Source: Gammaproteobacteria bacterium (GTDB lineage Bacteria; Pseudomonadota; Gammaproteobacteria; Magnimaribacterales; Magnimaribacteraceae). Taken from it: a stretch of DNA of 62,784 nt. Shown one piece after another: positions 48,603 through 59,058 of the stretch (positions are counted from its first letter, which is position 1; the number at the start of each line of letters is the position of its first letter). A program made the translations under genes and the position numbers. Below the pieces are notes generated by a model. That model did no database searches, had not been told where the DNA came from, and saw nothing but the letters and a program-made list of their open reading frames with translations. The DNA lies in assembly GCA_002730855.1 (NCBI GenBank), contig PCBA01000046.1:1-62784 (forward strand), in the 5' to 3' direction.

Positions 48603-49973
48603 CTAAGTGGCTTCATCTAATGCTTTTCTAACTTTTTCGTATTCTTTTTCACCAAGCTTAAATTTATAAAGCAACAAGGCCGCCCCCAGGCTATAACAAA
48701 TCAACGGAACCAGGCCATACAGACTAGTTAAAGCAATTTTAACCTCCACTGTCTGAGGCTGATTTGGAATAAAGCCTGAAAACTCTAGAACAAATCCAGT
48801 TAATAAGAGCATTACGCCTGTAGCGCTCTTATAAACAAAATTTAATGCCGCGAAATAAGACCCCTCTTTCCTTTCACCAGTTAAATACTCATCATAATCT
48901 ATTACATCGCCCTCTATTGAAGGCCCTATAGAGCCTCCACACCCAGCTGCAATTCCGGCGAAAAAAGCTCCAATGAAAATTATTATCAATCTTCCTTCAA
49001 CAGAAGGAGCAAACAAAATCAGGAATATTGCCCCGAAAGACACACCCGTTAAAAGCAAACTAAAAAACCAAAGATTAATCTTTCCAAACTTCTTAGAGAG
49101 CGGTATCCATAAGGGCACCGATAGAGTTGAAGGAAGCATGTAGGCAAATATTATGAGTGGCGCCCAAGCGGGAGCTTCCACAACGTATTGAGCTATATAT
49201 AAAGTTAGAACTCCAATAGCAGCTCCCCCTATGTTCTCAATAAAAATAATAACAACTAGAATTTTAGCGTGAGGATTTTTCCATACGTCTACAAAAGCCT
49301 GGAAAGGGTTTTTGTTAACTCTATCTTGGTAGTCAGGATTTTCTCTAAGCCTTGAGACAGAATAAATGATTAAAAACGATGTAATAACGACAGACCATAA
49401 AGCAAGGTTGCCTGCCAGACCCCTTACATCGCCACCCGGCCTTATCTCTTCTTGTATTAAGTAATGCATTGTGCCGAGCGCTAAAATTGATCCAATGGTA
49501 TAAAAAATATGGCGAACACCAAAAAGTCTTGTCCTTTCATGGTAATCAGTTGAAAGCTCAGCCCCCAAGGCTAAATGGGGCACAAAGAATATAGTCATTG
49601 CTGAGTAAAATCCTAAAATAGCAAACATCATCCACCGATCTAAATCTTGACCTTCCAAAGCAGGTGGTGGTGAAAAAACTGCTAAAAATCCTAAAGATAT
49701 TGGAATGCAACTTACTATTATCCAAGTACGTCTCCTCCCAAATTTAAGTTTTGTTCTATCACTTAAATAACCTGCAATTGGATCTGAGAAGGCATCCCAA
49801 ATTCTAGATATGCTAAATATTAAACCCATCACCACCGGAGAAATAAGAAGGACGTCCGTAGAGAATTTCATTACGTACAAGCTCATAAGCAAGTACATAT
49901 AACCGGCACCTATACCTGGGAGGCCATAAGCTATAGTGTTTTTTAAAGGTACCTTTGCTTCTGCTTGAGGCAA
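48603..49973 (-). CDS. GPH-family (glycoside-pentoside-hexuronide:cation) MFS symporter
   Basis: 456 aa, 12 TM segments. GPH motif in loop 2-3: GYLSDRTKLKFGRRRTW. Confidence 0.8.
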   Translation of the reverse strand: MPQAEAKVPLKNTIAYGLPGIGAGYMYLLMSLYVMKFSTDVLLISPVVMGLIFSISRIWDAFSDPIAGYLSDRTKLKFGRRRTWIIVSCIPISLGFLAVFSPPPALEGQDLDRWMMFAILGFYSAMTIFFVPHLALGAELSTDYHERTRLFGVRHIFYTIGSILALGTMHYLIQEEIRPGGDVRGLAGNLALWSVVITSFLIIYSVSRLRENPDYQDRVNKNPFQAFVDVWKNPHAKILVVIIFIENIGGAAIGVLTLYIAQYVVEAPAWAPLIIFAYMLPSTLSVPLWIPLSKKFGKINLWFFSLLLTGVSFGAIFLILFAPSVEGRLIIIFIGAFFAGIAAGCGGSIGPSIEGDVIDYDEYLTGERKEGSYFAALNFVYKSATGVMLLLTGFVLEFSGFIPNQPQTVEVKIALTSLYGLVPLICYSLGAALLLYKFKLGEKEYEKVRKALDEAT

Positions 49974-49977
49974 AATT

Positions 49978-51153
49978 CTATAACTTTATTCCCATCAGCT
50001 CTTCCATGTTTCCATGGTAAAAAGCATCCATGATTTCTTCATCACATTCCGTCATAGTGGCCTCAAACTTGCCTATAGGATCAGAGGTGCCTTCAGGGTG
50101 TGGATAATCTGATGCGTAAACCAACATATTGGATCCAATATTTTCTATTATCCAACCAATAGGCTCGCCAGGAAAAGGAGATACTTTAAGGTGTCTTTTG
50201 GCTACCTCTGAAGGCAGATCGTTAAACTCTCTTTTCCTTTTAAATAAAGATGCTGTGTAATCAAGGGCTTTGAGCCAAGAAGGCAACCAAAAAGCTCCAT
50301 GCTCCATGGAGATTCCTTTTAGATTAGGATGTCTATCAAACACTCCATCAAATATCATGGCTGACAAGAAAAGCTCTGCACTACTATTAATGGTCATTAA
50401 TCCAAGTTCCCCTGTTGGCGCGTCTCCACCAAGCTCTAATTCAGTTTTGCCATTATTTTTAAAGCTCCCCGAAACAGCTTTATAGTGCCCATTTACCGCC
50501 ACGTGCACAACAAAAGGTGCCTTTTGATCAACAAAGCAGTCCCAAACAGGGTCAAAATCAGGGTGAGTGAATGATATATTTTTTTCGTTTGGTTCATTGG
50601 TATCTATCATGAAAGAATAACACCCTTCTTCAAAACCTTGTTTCATTAACTCCAAGGATTTCTCTGGACCAAGCTGCAAAGGGATGTAGCCTATAGCTTT
50701 TAGCCTATCATCTGATTTACAAAACTCTGCCATAGCTCTGTTTAAAGTTTTTGATCCAACCTCTAACACTTTCGGATCTTCAGAATGGGCTATTTGATGA
50801 AAGGAGAAAGTTGGAAGGACCCATTGAATTAAATATCCAAAAACATCCATAGCGTGCGATCTTTCTTTTGAATTGAAGGCCCCCACTCTGTTCCAACCAC
50901 TTTTCGTGTTGTCCAAGATGGCATTATCAAATTTAGCCATTATTTCAGGATCTTCTTGCCTCTTCTTAAAAAGCTCTTTACCTCTATCAAGCCCTGCCTC
51001 TACTACTGGTAGTTCCTTTTGAGATGACATGGAAGGAATAACCTTTTTATCTTCTCTATCAGCTGCAGAGATTAAAAAATCTTCCAGCTCTATTACGTGG
51101 CTGTCTGCATCAATAATTTTTCTATGTTCAGCGTAACTCATATTTTTCCCCAA
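49978..51153 (-). CDS. Amidohydrolase-2 (ACMSD/LigW-like metal-dependent hydrolase/decarboxylase) family protein
   Basis: IDADSHV N-terminal metal site, HVAVNGH, and a C-terminal ASDYPHPEG Asp site. Confidence 0.75.
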   Translation of the reverse strand: MGKNMSYAEHRKIIDADSHVIELEDFLISAADREDKKVIPSMSSQKELPVVEAGLDRGKELFKKRQEDPEIMAKFDNAILDNTKSGWNRVGAFNSKERSHAMDVFGYLIQWVLPTFSFHQIAHSEDPKVLEVGSKTLNRAMAEFCKSDDRLKAIGYIPLQLGPEKSLELMKQGFEEGCYSFMIDTNEPNEKNISFTHPDFDPVWDCFVDQKAPFVVHVAVNGHYKAVSGSFKNNGKTELELGGDAPTGELGLMTINSSAELFLSAMIFDGVFDRHPNLKGISMEHGAFWLPSWLKALDYTASLFKRKREFNDLPSEVAKRHLKVSPFPGEPIGWIIENIGSNMLVYASDYPHPEGTSDPIGKFEATMTECDEEIMDAFYHGNMEELMGIKL

Positions 51154-51203
51154 ATAGAAAAGAAAGACTAATCTTTAGGTTTAAGAGAATCAAGCGGTAT
51201 TAA

Positions 51204-52358
51204 CTACGCAACCTTAGAAATTTCCTTTATTGCATCGTACGAGTGAATGTTCTCCATGTTAGGCTTGACGAATAGCTTTACTGCCAAATTTCTTAATCTC
51301 ATTAATAAAGGGTTTGAAAGGTGGTTAAATTTTCCTTGGAACTTAGATCTTTGTCGAATGAGATTTCCTCTTGTTCGCCTTAATTGTTGATAGGAGACTT
51401 TAATTTTATCTAAATCATCTTTGAACTTATCAACCAAAACTGCCAAAGTAAAAGCATCTTCAATGGCCATGCAACCACCTTGCCCTAAAAAAGGAACCAT
51501 CGGATGTGCCGCATCACCTAACAAGAAAACTTTCCCCTTGGAGAGCAATTTGGGCACCTTTCGGTCGAAAAGCCCCCACTTGTATACCTTTTCGGAGGAA
51601 GAGAAAATATTTTGTAGGTTTTCATTCCACCCTTTAAAAGGCTTTAGCAGATCCTCTTTATTGCCCTCTCTTTTCCAGGACTCTTCTTCCCAGTTTTCTC
51701 TAGTCTCTATAGCTACAAAGTTAACCATGTCCTTGTGCCCCATTGGATAGTGAACTACATGTCCTCCTGGGCCGTGGTAAATATTTACTTGATCGTTGCC
51801 TGGAAATTCTGGGAGATTTGATCTTTCTATAACCCCCCTCCACGCAATATTATTGGTAAAACGAGGCTCGGTACTATCAAAAATATCTTCTCTAATTCTG
51901 GACTTTATGCCATCACAAGACAACACAAGGTCTGCATAACAATTTTCCCCGTCAGAAAAAATAAGCTTTCCGCTTTTAGCTTCAACTTTTTCTATTGTGC
52001 GTGATAGCTGTAAACTACCTCCCATATCTAGAAATCTTTTAGATAAGATATGTACTAAGTCTCTTCTGTCCGCCGTCAAAAAATCCTTATTAAAATCAAC
52101 ATGAGCTATTTGTTTAGCTGTTTTGTAATGCCTTATAAAAGATCCTTTTGGGGTATAGCTGCTTGTTTCGAGTTCATCAAATAGATCTAAATCCCTGAGA
52201 AGGGAAGTGGCATTCTTTGATAGTGTTATTCCTGCTCCAAATTCTGTAACAGAATCTGATCGTTCAAAAATATCTACCTTAATCTTATATTTTCTCAGAG
52301 CACATCCCGCAGTAAGGCCAGCTATTCCAGCTCCTATTATCGCTACAGTTTGAATCAT
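51204..52358 (-). CDS. FAD-dependent aromatic-ring monooxygenase (salicylate hydroxylase-like)
   Basis: IIGAGIAGLTAG dinucleotide fold, DG motif (SCDGIKSRIR), and LLGDAAHPMVPFLGQGGCMAIEDA. Confidence 0.82.
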   Translation of the reverse strand: MIQTVAIIGAGIAGLTAGCALRKYKIKVDIFERSDSVTEFGAGITLSKNATSLLRDLDLFDELETSSYTPKGSFIRHYKTAKQIAHVDFNKDFLTADRRDLVHILSKRFLDMGGSLQLSRTIEKVEAKSGKLIFSDGENCYADLVLSCDGIKSRIREDIFDSTEPRFTNNIAWRGVIERSNLPEFPGNDQVNIYHGPGGHVVHYPMGHKDMVNFVAIETRENWEEESWKREGNKEDLLKPFKGWNENLQNIFSSSEKVYKWGLFDRKVPKLLSKGKVFLLGDAAHPMVPFLGQGGCMAIEDAFTLAVLVDKFKDDLDKIKVSYQQLRRTRGNLIRQRSKFQGKFNHLSNPLLMRLRNLAVKLFVKPNMENIHSYDAIKEISKVA

Positions 52359-53504
52359 TTATATTGTTTTAGATTTTATTTTTTGCTTATTTTTTGCCCT
52401 CTCTATCTTCCTCGTCTTATCGTTCACTTTTCCAACCAGTTGGCCACAAGCAGCCATTATATCGTCACCTCGGGTTGATCGAATTGTAGTCACGTATCCC
52501 TTTTCTTGAAGATAGTTCTGAAAGCGTTTAATTCTATTTCCGGAAGGTTTTTTATATTTTGATTCCGGAAAAGGATTAAAGGGAATTAAGTTTATTTTGC
52601 AGGGAAGTTGTTTCAGAAGTTCGCACAATTCTTCTGCCAACTCCAAGCTATCATTAACATCTTCAATTAAGATATATTCAATAGTTGTTACCCGCTTGTC
52701 AGAGCAGCCGTCCACGTACCCTTTTACAGATTCAATTAACTCTTTTATGGGGTATTTTTTATTAACAGGAACCAGCTTATTTCTTAATTCATCATTGGGT
52801 GCGTGTAATGAAATGGTTAAGGCGGCATCAGTAACCTTTCCCAGATCTTTTATCTTGGGAACTATCCCTGAAGTGCTTAGAGTTACCTTCCTTTTAGAAA
52901 GCCCATACGCATTATCATCCATCATTAAATTCATGGCATCTACTACTGGTTCAAAGTTTAATAAAGGTTCTCCCATACCCATCATCACTACGTTTGTTAT
53001 GTTCCTCGAATCTGGTGCCCTAGGGACTCCGAATGAATTAGCCGCTACCCAAACCTGGCCTATAATTTCATCTAAATTTAGATTCCTTGAAAACCCCTGT
53101 TTGCCTGTTGCACAAAAACTGCAATCAACAGCGCAGCCAACTTGAGAAGAGACGCATAAAGTGGCTCTATTTTTTTCAGGTATTAGAACCATCTCTATGA
53201 GGTCTTTGCTGCCCACGCGTACTACCCATTTCTTTGTTCCATCTTGTGATGTCTTTTCGTAAACAACCTCAGGTGCTCTGATAATACAACTCGCTTCGAG
53301 TTTTGCCCTAAGTTCTTTTGAAAGATCGGTCATTTCTGAGAAATCTGAAACACCTCGTTGATGAATCCATTTCATTACCTGCAAGGCTCGAAATGGTTCT
53401 TCTTCTATTGAAACAAAAAAATCTTGAAGCTTCTTTTTGTTAAAGCTCAATAGATTTAATTCTTCTAGATTTGCTGCAGTGTTCATATTAAGTGCTTCGA
53501 GCAA
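52359..53504 (-). CDS. rlmN: Dual-specificity 23S rRNA/tRNA A-C2 methyltransferase (radical SAM)
   Basis: [21 protein letters not shown] radical-SAM cluster and C-terminal AACGQL. The ATG at 53486 (MNTAAN..) is an alternative start that removes the overlap with the upstream gene. Confidence 0.92.
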   Translation of the reverse strand: MLEALNMNTAANLEELNLLSFNKKKLQDFFVSIEEEPFRALQVMKWIHQRGVSDFSEMTDLSKELRAKLEASCIIRAPEVVYEKTSQDGTKKWVVRVGSKDLIEMVLIPEKNRATLCVSSQVGCAVDCSFCATGKQGFSRNLNLDEIIGQVWVAANSFGVPRAPDSRNITNVVMMGMGEPLLNFEPVVDAMNLMMDDNAYGLSKRKVTLSTSGIVPKIKDLGKVTDAALTISLHAPNDELRNKLVPVNKKYPIKELIESVKGYVDGCSDKRVTTIEYILIEDVNDSLELAEELCELLKQLPCKINLIPFNPFPESKYKKPSGNRIKRFQNYLQEKGYVTTIRSTRGDDIMAACGQLVGKVNDKTRKIERAKNKQKIKSKTI

Positions 53505-54720
53505 GTAACAGTTTCTCTTGTCTCTTTACGCGCATCCAAAACTGAGAAAGTATTAATATATTTACGCACCCCATGATTCCAGCAAAAGTAAAAGCCCAAA
53601 GATAATTTCCTTCTAAATCAAAAAAATAACCTCCCAGAAATCCCCCTAATCCCATTCCTATCCATCCAAAAAAAGAGGTCAAGCTCATTGCTCTTGCTGC
53701 AAATTGTGCTGAAACCATCATCCTAGTACAAACCAGAATACTAGACATTACACCAGAGTAAGTAAATCCAAAAAAAGCAGCCAACAAATATATTCCTATC
53801 ATGTCTGATACTTGAGGAAACCAAACGACAGATATCGTTTGACCTACAGACATAAGGATATAACCTGGTAAAGGGCCTATATAGTCCCCTAACAATCCGC
53901 CACAAATTCTTCCAAGTGCACCGCAAAACATTAAAACCATGAGTGCTTTCGTCGCAAACTCAAGAGAAAAGTCTGAATCCGTTAACAGAGGTACCAAGTG
54001 CATAATCGGAACAGACATACATACACAGCAAAAAATAATCGCAATACTTATCCATATAACAACTTCTTTTTCTGATACAGGGAAACTTCTAGGCTCTTGT
54101 TCGCCTTTATTGCGGGCAAGTTCCCTCAGGGGCGATTCTTTTATTAGAAGAGCAATGGGAAAGGATATCATTGCATAAATAATAGATAAACTAACGTAGG
54201 CACTTTGCCATCCAGAATAATTGATAAAGTAACCACTAAGATGAGGAATAAATGCTTGGCCTATTGCTCCTCCTGATGCCGCTACACCTAATGCCAATCC
54301 TGGATTCTCCCGAAACCAAAACCCAACATTTGCATAAAGGGGCGAGAACAGCAAGGCGCCCCCCAGGGCACCGAATAAAAAATAGAGTAGATAAAATTGA
54401 AATAAAGAAGTTAGTGCGCTTAGCAAATAAAGACATAAAGTCATACCAGCGGCTCCAACTAGTCCAAACCAACGAGTTCCGTATTTATCGGCTACAACAC
54501 CCCAAATAACACCAAATAAAGCTGAAGAGAAGGCGGCAACAGAGTAAGCCAGAGAAGTCGCCCCTCTTGACCAACCAAAATCAGCTGAGATTGGTTTTAA
54601 AAAAACAGAAATTGAAGCCATAGATCCAAAGGCTAACCCACTCAACACAAAAACCACCAAAACCATCACCCAGCCATAATTGACTCCTCGGTCTTGCAAT
54701 AAGTTTTCGATAGCACGCAT
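53488..54720 (-). CDS. MFS transporter (oxalate/formate antiporter-like)
   Basis: 410 aa, 12 TM segments. [11 protein letters not shown] loop motif. Confidence 0.75.
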   Translation of the reverse strand: MRAIENLLQDRGVNYGWVMVLVVFVLSGLAFGSMASISVFLKPISADFGWSRGATSLAYSVAAFSSALFGVIWGVVADKYGTRWFGLVGAAGMTLCLYLLSALTSLFQFYLLYFLFGALGGALLFSPLYANVGFWFRENPGLALGVAASGGAIGQAFIPHLSGYFINYSGWQSAYVSLSIIYAMISFPIALLIKESPLRELARNKGEQEPRSFPVSEKEVVIWISIAIIFCCVCMSVPIMHLVPLLTDSDFSLEFATKALMVLMFCGALGRICGGLLGDYIGPLPGYILMSVGQTISVVWFPQVSDMIGIYLLAAFFGFTYSGVMSSILVCTRMMVSAQFAARAMSLTSFFGWIGMGLGGFLGGYFFDLEGNYLWAFTFAGIMGCVNILILSQFWMRVKRQEKLLLARST

Positions 54721-54724
54721 TAAA

Positions 54725-56188
54725 TTATTTAGATGAACCTGTTTCTATAATTCGAATATAAGCTTTTATGCCCTCTGTAAAGGCTTTAATTTTTATTTTT
54801 TCGTTAGTTCCGTGGAAGCTAGCGAATTCATCATTTGAAAGGGGGAATGGATTGAACCTATAAGCATCATCAGCAACCTTTCCATAATGCCTAGAATCAG
54901 ATCCAGCTATCATAAGACCGGGCACAACTACAACATCTCCAAAAATCTCTTGTACTGACTTTTCGATAACCCTATAACCTCTAGATTCCCAGCTTGAAAC
55001 TTCACTAGCGGGCCTTCCAGAATATGACATGAGTCTAACATCGACATCTTCGCTCTCTACCAAGTTACTAACATGCTCGAAAACATCCTTAACTGTATTT
55101 CTTGGATGTATTCTAAAATTAACTGTACCAATTGCTTCTATCGGCAGAACGTTGGTCTTGATGCTAGCCGAAAGCATTGTAGGCGCGGTAGTTGTTCTTA
55201 GCATTGCATTGGTCATAGGCACTCTAGATAGATAAGAGTCAATTAACCCTCCAAATAGCCAACGATTTGCAAAAGCAATTTTATAGATAAAAGGCATATG
55301 CTTACTCATCTCATCAAACATTTCTAGGCTTAAACCTTCGAGGCCTCCTGGCATTCGATTATCTTCAAGCTTAGCCAAAGCCTTAGACAGGTGGCCTACT
55401 GCAGACTTAGAAGTTGGCATGGAAGAGTGACCGCCTTGAGCCTTTCCAACTACCTGCATTGTGACACTACCTTTTTCAGCAACATTAATAGCAGCCACTA
55501 ACTTGTCTACGTTAGGTATGAAGCCTCCTAACAAAAAAGAACCTTCGTCTAAAGACCACTCAAGCTGTATGTCGTTGTCAGATAAATATTTAGCGACTAA
55601 AGCGGCTCCATTAACACCCCCTATTTCCTCATCATGCCCGAAACTTAAATATATAGTCCTAGTGGGTTTAAAACCTTTTTCCATAAGATAAGTAACAGCC
55701 TCCAAGATACCAATTACCCCGCTCTTATCATCCAGGGCGCCCCTGCCCCATACATAGACAGAATCTACTCTTCCTGAGAAAGGCGGCTCTTTCCATTTGT
55801 CTTCAGTGCCAGGAATTACTGGTACCACATCATAATGTCCAGTTAAAAGGATAGGTTTTAGACTTACATCTTGACCTTCCCACTTAAACAATAAAGTTTC
55901 ATTAAAGGTTTGTAGAGAGGTGTTTTTTAGAACTAATTTGTAATTAATTTTAAGCCAGCCTATAAAGTCCTTAAATTCTTCTATATTTTTTTTTGTTGCT
56001 TGTTGATTTGAAACAGTTTTGAATTTAATAGACTCAGAAAGGTGAGTTATTGCCCCACTTTCATTTATATCGAAACTTATTGGTTCAAGTTTTTGTTTTA
56101 TCGAAGGATTGTGTGCAAGTGCATTAATAAAAATAAATATTATTAAAACGAAACCAGTAACAACAATAGCTTTAATTGCTTTTCTCAT
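54725..56188 (-). CDS. Membrane-anchored M20-family metallopeptidase/carboxypeptidase
   Basis: N-terminal TM anchor. HYDVVP, GRGALDDK and FGHDEEIGG are the metal-ligand motifs. Confidence 0.82.
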   Translation of the reverse strand: MRKAIKAIVVTGFVLIIFIFINALAHNPSIKQKLEPISFDINESGAITHLSESIKFKTVSNQQATKKNIEEFKDFIGWLKINYKLVLKNTSLQTFNETLLFKWEGQDVSLKPILLTGHYDVVPVIPGTEDKWKEPPFSGRVDSVYVWGRGALDDKSGVIGILEAVTYLMEKGFKPTRTIYLSFGHDEEIGGVNGAALVAKYLSDNDIQLEWSLDEGSFLLGGFIPNVDKLVAAINVAEKGSVTMQVVGKAQGGHSSMPTSKSAVGHLSKALAKLEDNRMPGGLEGLSLEMFDEMSKHMPFIYKIAFANRWLFGGLIDSYLSRVPMTNAMLRTTTAPTMLSASIKTNVLPIEAIGTVNFRIHPRNTVKDVFEHVSNLVESEDVDVRLMSYSGRPASEVSSWESRGYRVIEKSVQEIFGDVVVVPGLMIAGSDSRHYGKVADDAYRFNPFPLSNDEFASFHGTNEKIKIKAFTEGIKAYIRIIETGSSK

Positions 56189-56203
56189 GTTCGAAACCTC
56201 CTT

Positions 56204-56935
56204 TTAATTTGGTATACCTTTATTGATCTCATCTGCTACCCAGCTTACCGACCAATTATGGCCTAGCTTTCTCCCATTGTATGTTTCTGGCAATCTTTTT
56301 ACATTGCTACCTGGAAGGTTGATCACTTGAGGATCAAAATCTAAACTTTTAAAAGCTCCATCTATTTCTTTTATGGTTCTCCACTCATAAAAACTAACAT
56401 TGTCATTTATTAAGGTTGGTTCGCTATACGAACAAAAGCTTTTGACTGATGAAATGCCCGCCAACGGACCTGCTATTGTATGTAAAGTCAGGGAAATTTC
56501 GTTAGTCCAGTCAGATGAGAACATAGACACAAGCAAAGCCCCGTAGCTGTGACCCGCAATCACCACTTCTTTCAGGTTCGGATTTGATTGCAACATTGAA
56601 TCTATCGATGACTTTAGCTTTTCGTACGACGGACCAGGACAATTATTGTCATTCCATCGAAAAAACAAGGTTAAGGTCTCATGAGTGTCCAGGGTTTTTA
56701 AAGGATAAACCCATTCATAGCCTCTGCTTGCACTTCCATGCACGCCTATCATCAAAATTCTTTGGTTTTCTGATTGATCTTCAAGCGGGTGCAAACCATA
56801 CTGAAGGGCCATCAGCCCTTTGCCCGAAACAAAAACATCTTCTTCTAAATCAAAGGCATCTAAACTTACTTCTTTTGATCCAGAGCATGAAAATAATAAG
56901 AGAATTCCAATTATCAAAATTGTATTTACTTTCAT
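56204..56935 (-). CDS. Lipoprotein, alpha/beta-hydrolase (esterase/lipase-like)
   Basis: Signal peptide ending LFSC (lipobox-like) and a GxSxG nucleophile elbow (IAGHSYGAL). Confidence 0.6.
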   Translation of the reverse strand: MKVNTILIIGILLLFSCSGSKEVSLDAFDLEEDVFVSGKGLMALQYGLHPLEDQSENQRILMIGVHGSASRGYEWVYPLKTLDTHETLTLFFRWNDNNCPGPSYEKLKSSIDSMLQSNPNLKEVVIAGHSYGALLVSMFSSDWTNEISLTLHTIAGPLAGISSVKSFCSYSEPTLINDNVSFYEWRTIKEIDGAFKSLDFDPQVINLPGSNVKRLPETYNGRKLGHNWSVSWVADEINKGIPN

Positions 56936-57034
56936 AACTTTGGAGCTATAAATTTATGCTTCATTCGCTTCCACAATCTGCCCTTAATTTTTGAGTTACA
57001 ATAAATCCAATAATAACACGAGGAAGTACTTGTT

Positions 57035-57601
57035 ATGATCAACAAAATAGCCGCTATTATGGTCCTATGCTTGAGCTTTAATCTATTAATAGGAGAAGCG
57101 CTAGAAGGGTATGAAAGCTATAAACCTAAAAAGGTGTACATCAATGTCATTAATGCGACTAACCCGACTAAGGGCTATATAGAAAAGAGGTTACAAGAAA
57201 TGTTGCTCAATGAAGAAATAGAGTGCCTTTTAGACACCGAAAACTTTCCTGACGTTAAACAATACGGTGATGATGAGCGCCTACAGTTTGCAATGGATTC
57301 TGGTGCAGACAGTGCCTTTATAGTCTGGATTCTCGATATAGATACCAGGAGAGGTGGATGGATTGACGCAAGTTCAGGTGACGCCAGTGGCGGTGGGGGA
57401 ACTTCTATAGACGACCTGGCTATCATCAAATTTAGAGTTAAGCTCTTTAGCGTTCAAGGAGATGACCCTATTTGGTCAGAAACTTTAACAACCAGAGGGA
57501 GGGGCGGCCTACATAAAGGAGGCCTAAAAAATCATGCTTACATGGTTGCCAAAGCTTCGTTTAAAAGTCTTAAGAAAAGCGGGCTTATAGGCGGAAGGTA
57601 A
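57035..57601 (+). CDS. Secreted hypothetical protein with a Gly-rich loop
   Basis: 188 aa with an N-terminal signal peptide. GAGGAAG lies 7 nt upstream of the ATG. No recognisable domain. Confidence 0.6.
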   Translation: MINKIAAIMVLCLSFNLLIGEALEGYESYKPKKVYINVINATNPTKGYIEKRLQEMLLNEEIECLLDTENFPDVKQYGDDERLQFAMDSGADSAFIVWILDIDTRRGGWIDASSGDASGGGGTSIDDLAIIKFRVKLFSVQGDDPIWSETLTTRGRGGLHKGGLKNHAYMVAKASFKSLKKSGLIGGR

Positions 57602-57635
57602 GAGAAGTCTAAATAGAGTCTCTCCTTATTTTTAT
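57595..57635 (+). terminator. Possible intrinsic terminator after the 188-aa ORF
   Basis: AAGG(ta)AGAGA 57595-57605 pairs with TCTCTCCTT 57619-57627 across a 13-nt loop, followed by ATTTTTAT. The stem is imperfect. Confidence 0.35.
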
Positions 57636-57677
57636 GAACATGTATACTATCAAGAACCTAAACATATGGGAGATAAA

Positions 57678-58286
57678 ATGTTTACAAAATATAGTTTAAT
57701 AGGTCTATTAGGAATTTTTCTAACTAGCGGCCTGACAGCAGCAGAACCATACGGTTCACACACATCAGCAAAATGGCAGATTTGGGCGTACACTACAGCG
57801 GCGCCTGACTTCATAGGGGACTTAGCAACCGTTAAAGGCGGCAATGGAGAAGTTTTAAGAGAGGGAACAAATGGATGGGTTTGCTTGCCTTTCAATCCTA
57901 TGCCTGAAAAGGGATTCAAGGCTCCTCACGAAGCCAACCCGGCATGTGCTGATGCCGCTTCTTTAGCCTGGGTAGATGCTTATATGAATCAAACAATACC
58001 TGAAATGCAAAGTGATGGGTGGATATGGATGCTTCACGGAGATACAGGGGTAGATAACTTTAGAGCCTACTCTGAAGGTGACCGAGAAGGATCAAACCCC
58101 ATTCATTTTATAGAATCTGGCCCACATTTAATGCTTTTACCAAAAGACCCATCAAGCATGGAAGGGCAAACAACTGAATTTACTTCAGGGGCACCTTATG
58201 TAATGTTTAAGGGAACGCCGTATGTACACTTAATGATTCCTACAGAAGGATATTACGATTATCAGCCCAATTCTTCCCCTAAATAA
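57678..58286 (+). CDS. Secreted hypothetical protein
   Basis: MFTKYSLIGLLGIFLTSGLTAA is a signal peptide. GGGAG lies 6 nt upstream of the ATG at 57678. The ORF-track start at 57666 would place that SD inside the gene. Confidence 0.6.
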   Translation: MFTKYSLIGLLGIFLTSGLTAAEPYGSHTSAKWQIWAYTTAAPDFIGDLATVKGGNGEVLREGTNGWVCLPFNPMPEKGFKAPHEANPACADAASLAWVDAYMNQTIPEMQSDGWIWMLHGDTGVDNFRAYSEGDREGSNPIHFIESGPHLMLLPKDPSSMEGQTTEFTSGAPYVMFKGTPYVHLMIPTEGYYDYQPNSSPK

Positions 58287-58300
58287 ATTTTAAAATAGAA

Positions 58301-58325
58301 AAAGGGCCGAATGGCCCTTTTTTTT
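58301..58325. terminator. Bidirectional intrinsic terminator between convergent genes
   Basis: AAAGGGCC 58301-58308, loop GAAT, GGCCCTTT 58313-58320. Flanked by an A-run on the left and a T-run on the right. Confidence 0.8.
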
Positions 58326-59058
58326 ATTTTAGGATTTCATTTTCCTGATTAAACATAGGGTATTCTTTTTCATCCCAAAAAACCTTTGCGCTTGGTCCTC
58401 CTTTTTCTAACAAAGCAAGCATCTTGGCAGTAGGGTAAGTTTCCTCGGGTTCTTGTAAGTGGCTCATTTTTCTACCCCAAATTTGGGTATTGGTTGGGCC
58501 AGGTATAAGCATATTTATCAATATATCTGTGTCAGCCACTTCTTTGGCAGCCACCCTAGAAGCTGACCAGATTCCGGCCTTAGCAGCCGCGTAAGCGGAA
58601 GTAGTAGGCACATCTGTTTCTGCATTCCTTGATATAGTATTAATGATTCTTCCTCGGCCCTGTTCTCTCATAAATGGAATGGCATACCTCATTCCATACA
58701 CTGTTCCAAAAAGATGGACAGCAACATGATGTTCAAATTTGCCATCAGGAGAATCTTCTAATTTATAACCAAACCCCATCCCTGCATTGTTGAATAAAGC
58801 ATCGATCTTCCCTGTTTTATTTATGGCTAAATTTATAAAGCCTTCCACTTCTTTTGGCTTGGAAACGTCAGCCAAAACTGTAGTAATGCCCAATTCATCT
58901 AATTCCCGAAGCTTCTTTTCATCTTTATCACAAGCTATTACCTCGGCCTCATCAGCTTTAAACATTTCTGCCCATGCCCTGCCTATTCCGTTAGCGGCAC
59001 CTGTAATAACTATGGTCTTTCCTTCTATCATTGTTTCAGGATAAACCAAGAGATGCAT
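58324..59058 (-). CDS. Short-chain dehydrogenase/reductase
   Basis: TGAANGIGRA cofactor motif, NNAG, and the YAAAK catalytic dyad. The ATG at 59031 (MIEGKTIVITG) is a likelier start and removes the 23-nt overlap. Confidence 0.85.
   Translation of the reverse strand: MHLLVYPETMIEGKTIVITGAANGIGRAWAEMFKADEAEVIACDKDEKKLRELDELGITTVLADVSKPKEVEGFINLAINKTGKIDALFNNAGMGFGYKLEDSPDGKFEHHVAVHLFGTVYGMRYAIPFMREQGRGRIINTISRNAETDVPTTSAYAAAKAGIWSASRVAAKEVADTDILINMLIPGPTNTQIWGRKMSHLQEPEETYPTAKMLALLEKGGPSAKVFWDEKEYPMFNQENEILK

Noticed and set aside
52597-53145. 182-aa plus-strand ORF, the longest unassigned ORF in the track
   Set aside because: It lies entirely antisense to rlmN, whose radical-SAM motifs are unambiguous. 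Its Ser/Thr/Leu-rich, low-complexity translation is typical of a shadow frame.
57721-57840. Apparent GC-rich island marking horizontal transfer of the secreted-protein genes
   Set aside because: Hand counts give 63/120 G+C here, but a core gene sample (gcvP 6001-6060) gives 32/60 while 20461-20520 gives 10/60. Local composition varies too much for short samples to prove foreign origin. A windowed GC and codon-usage computation is needed.
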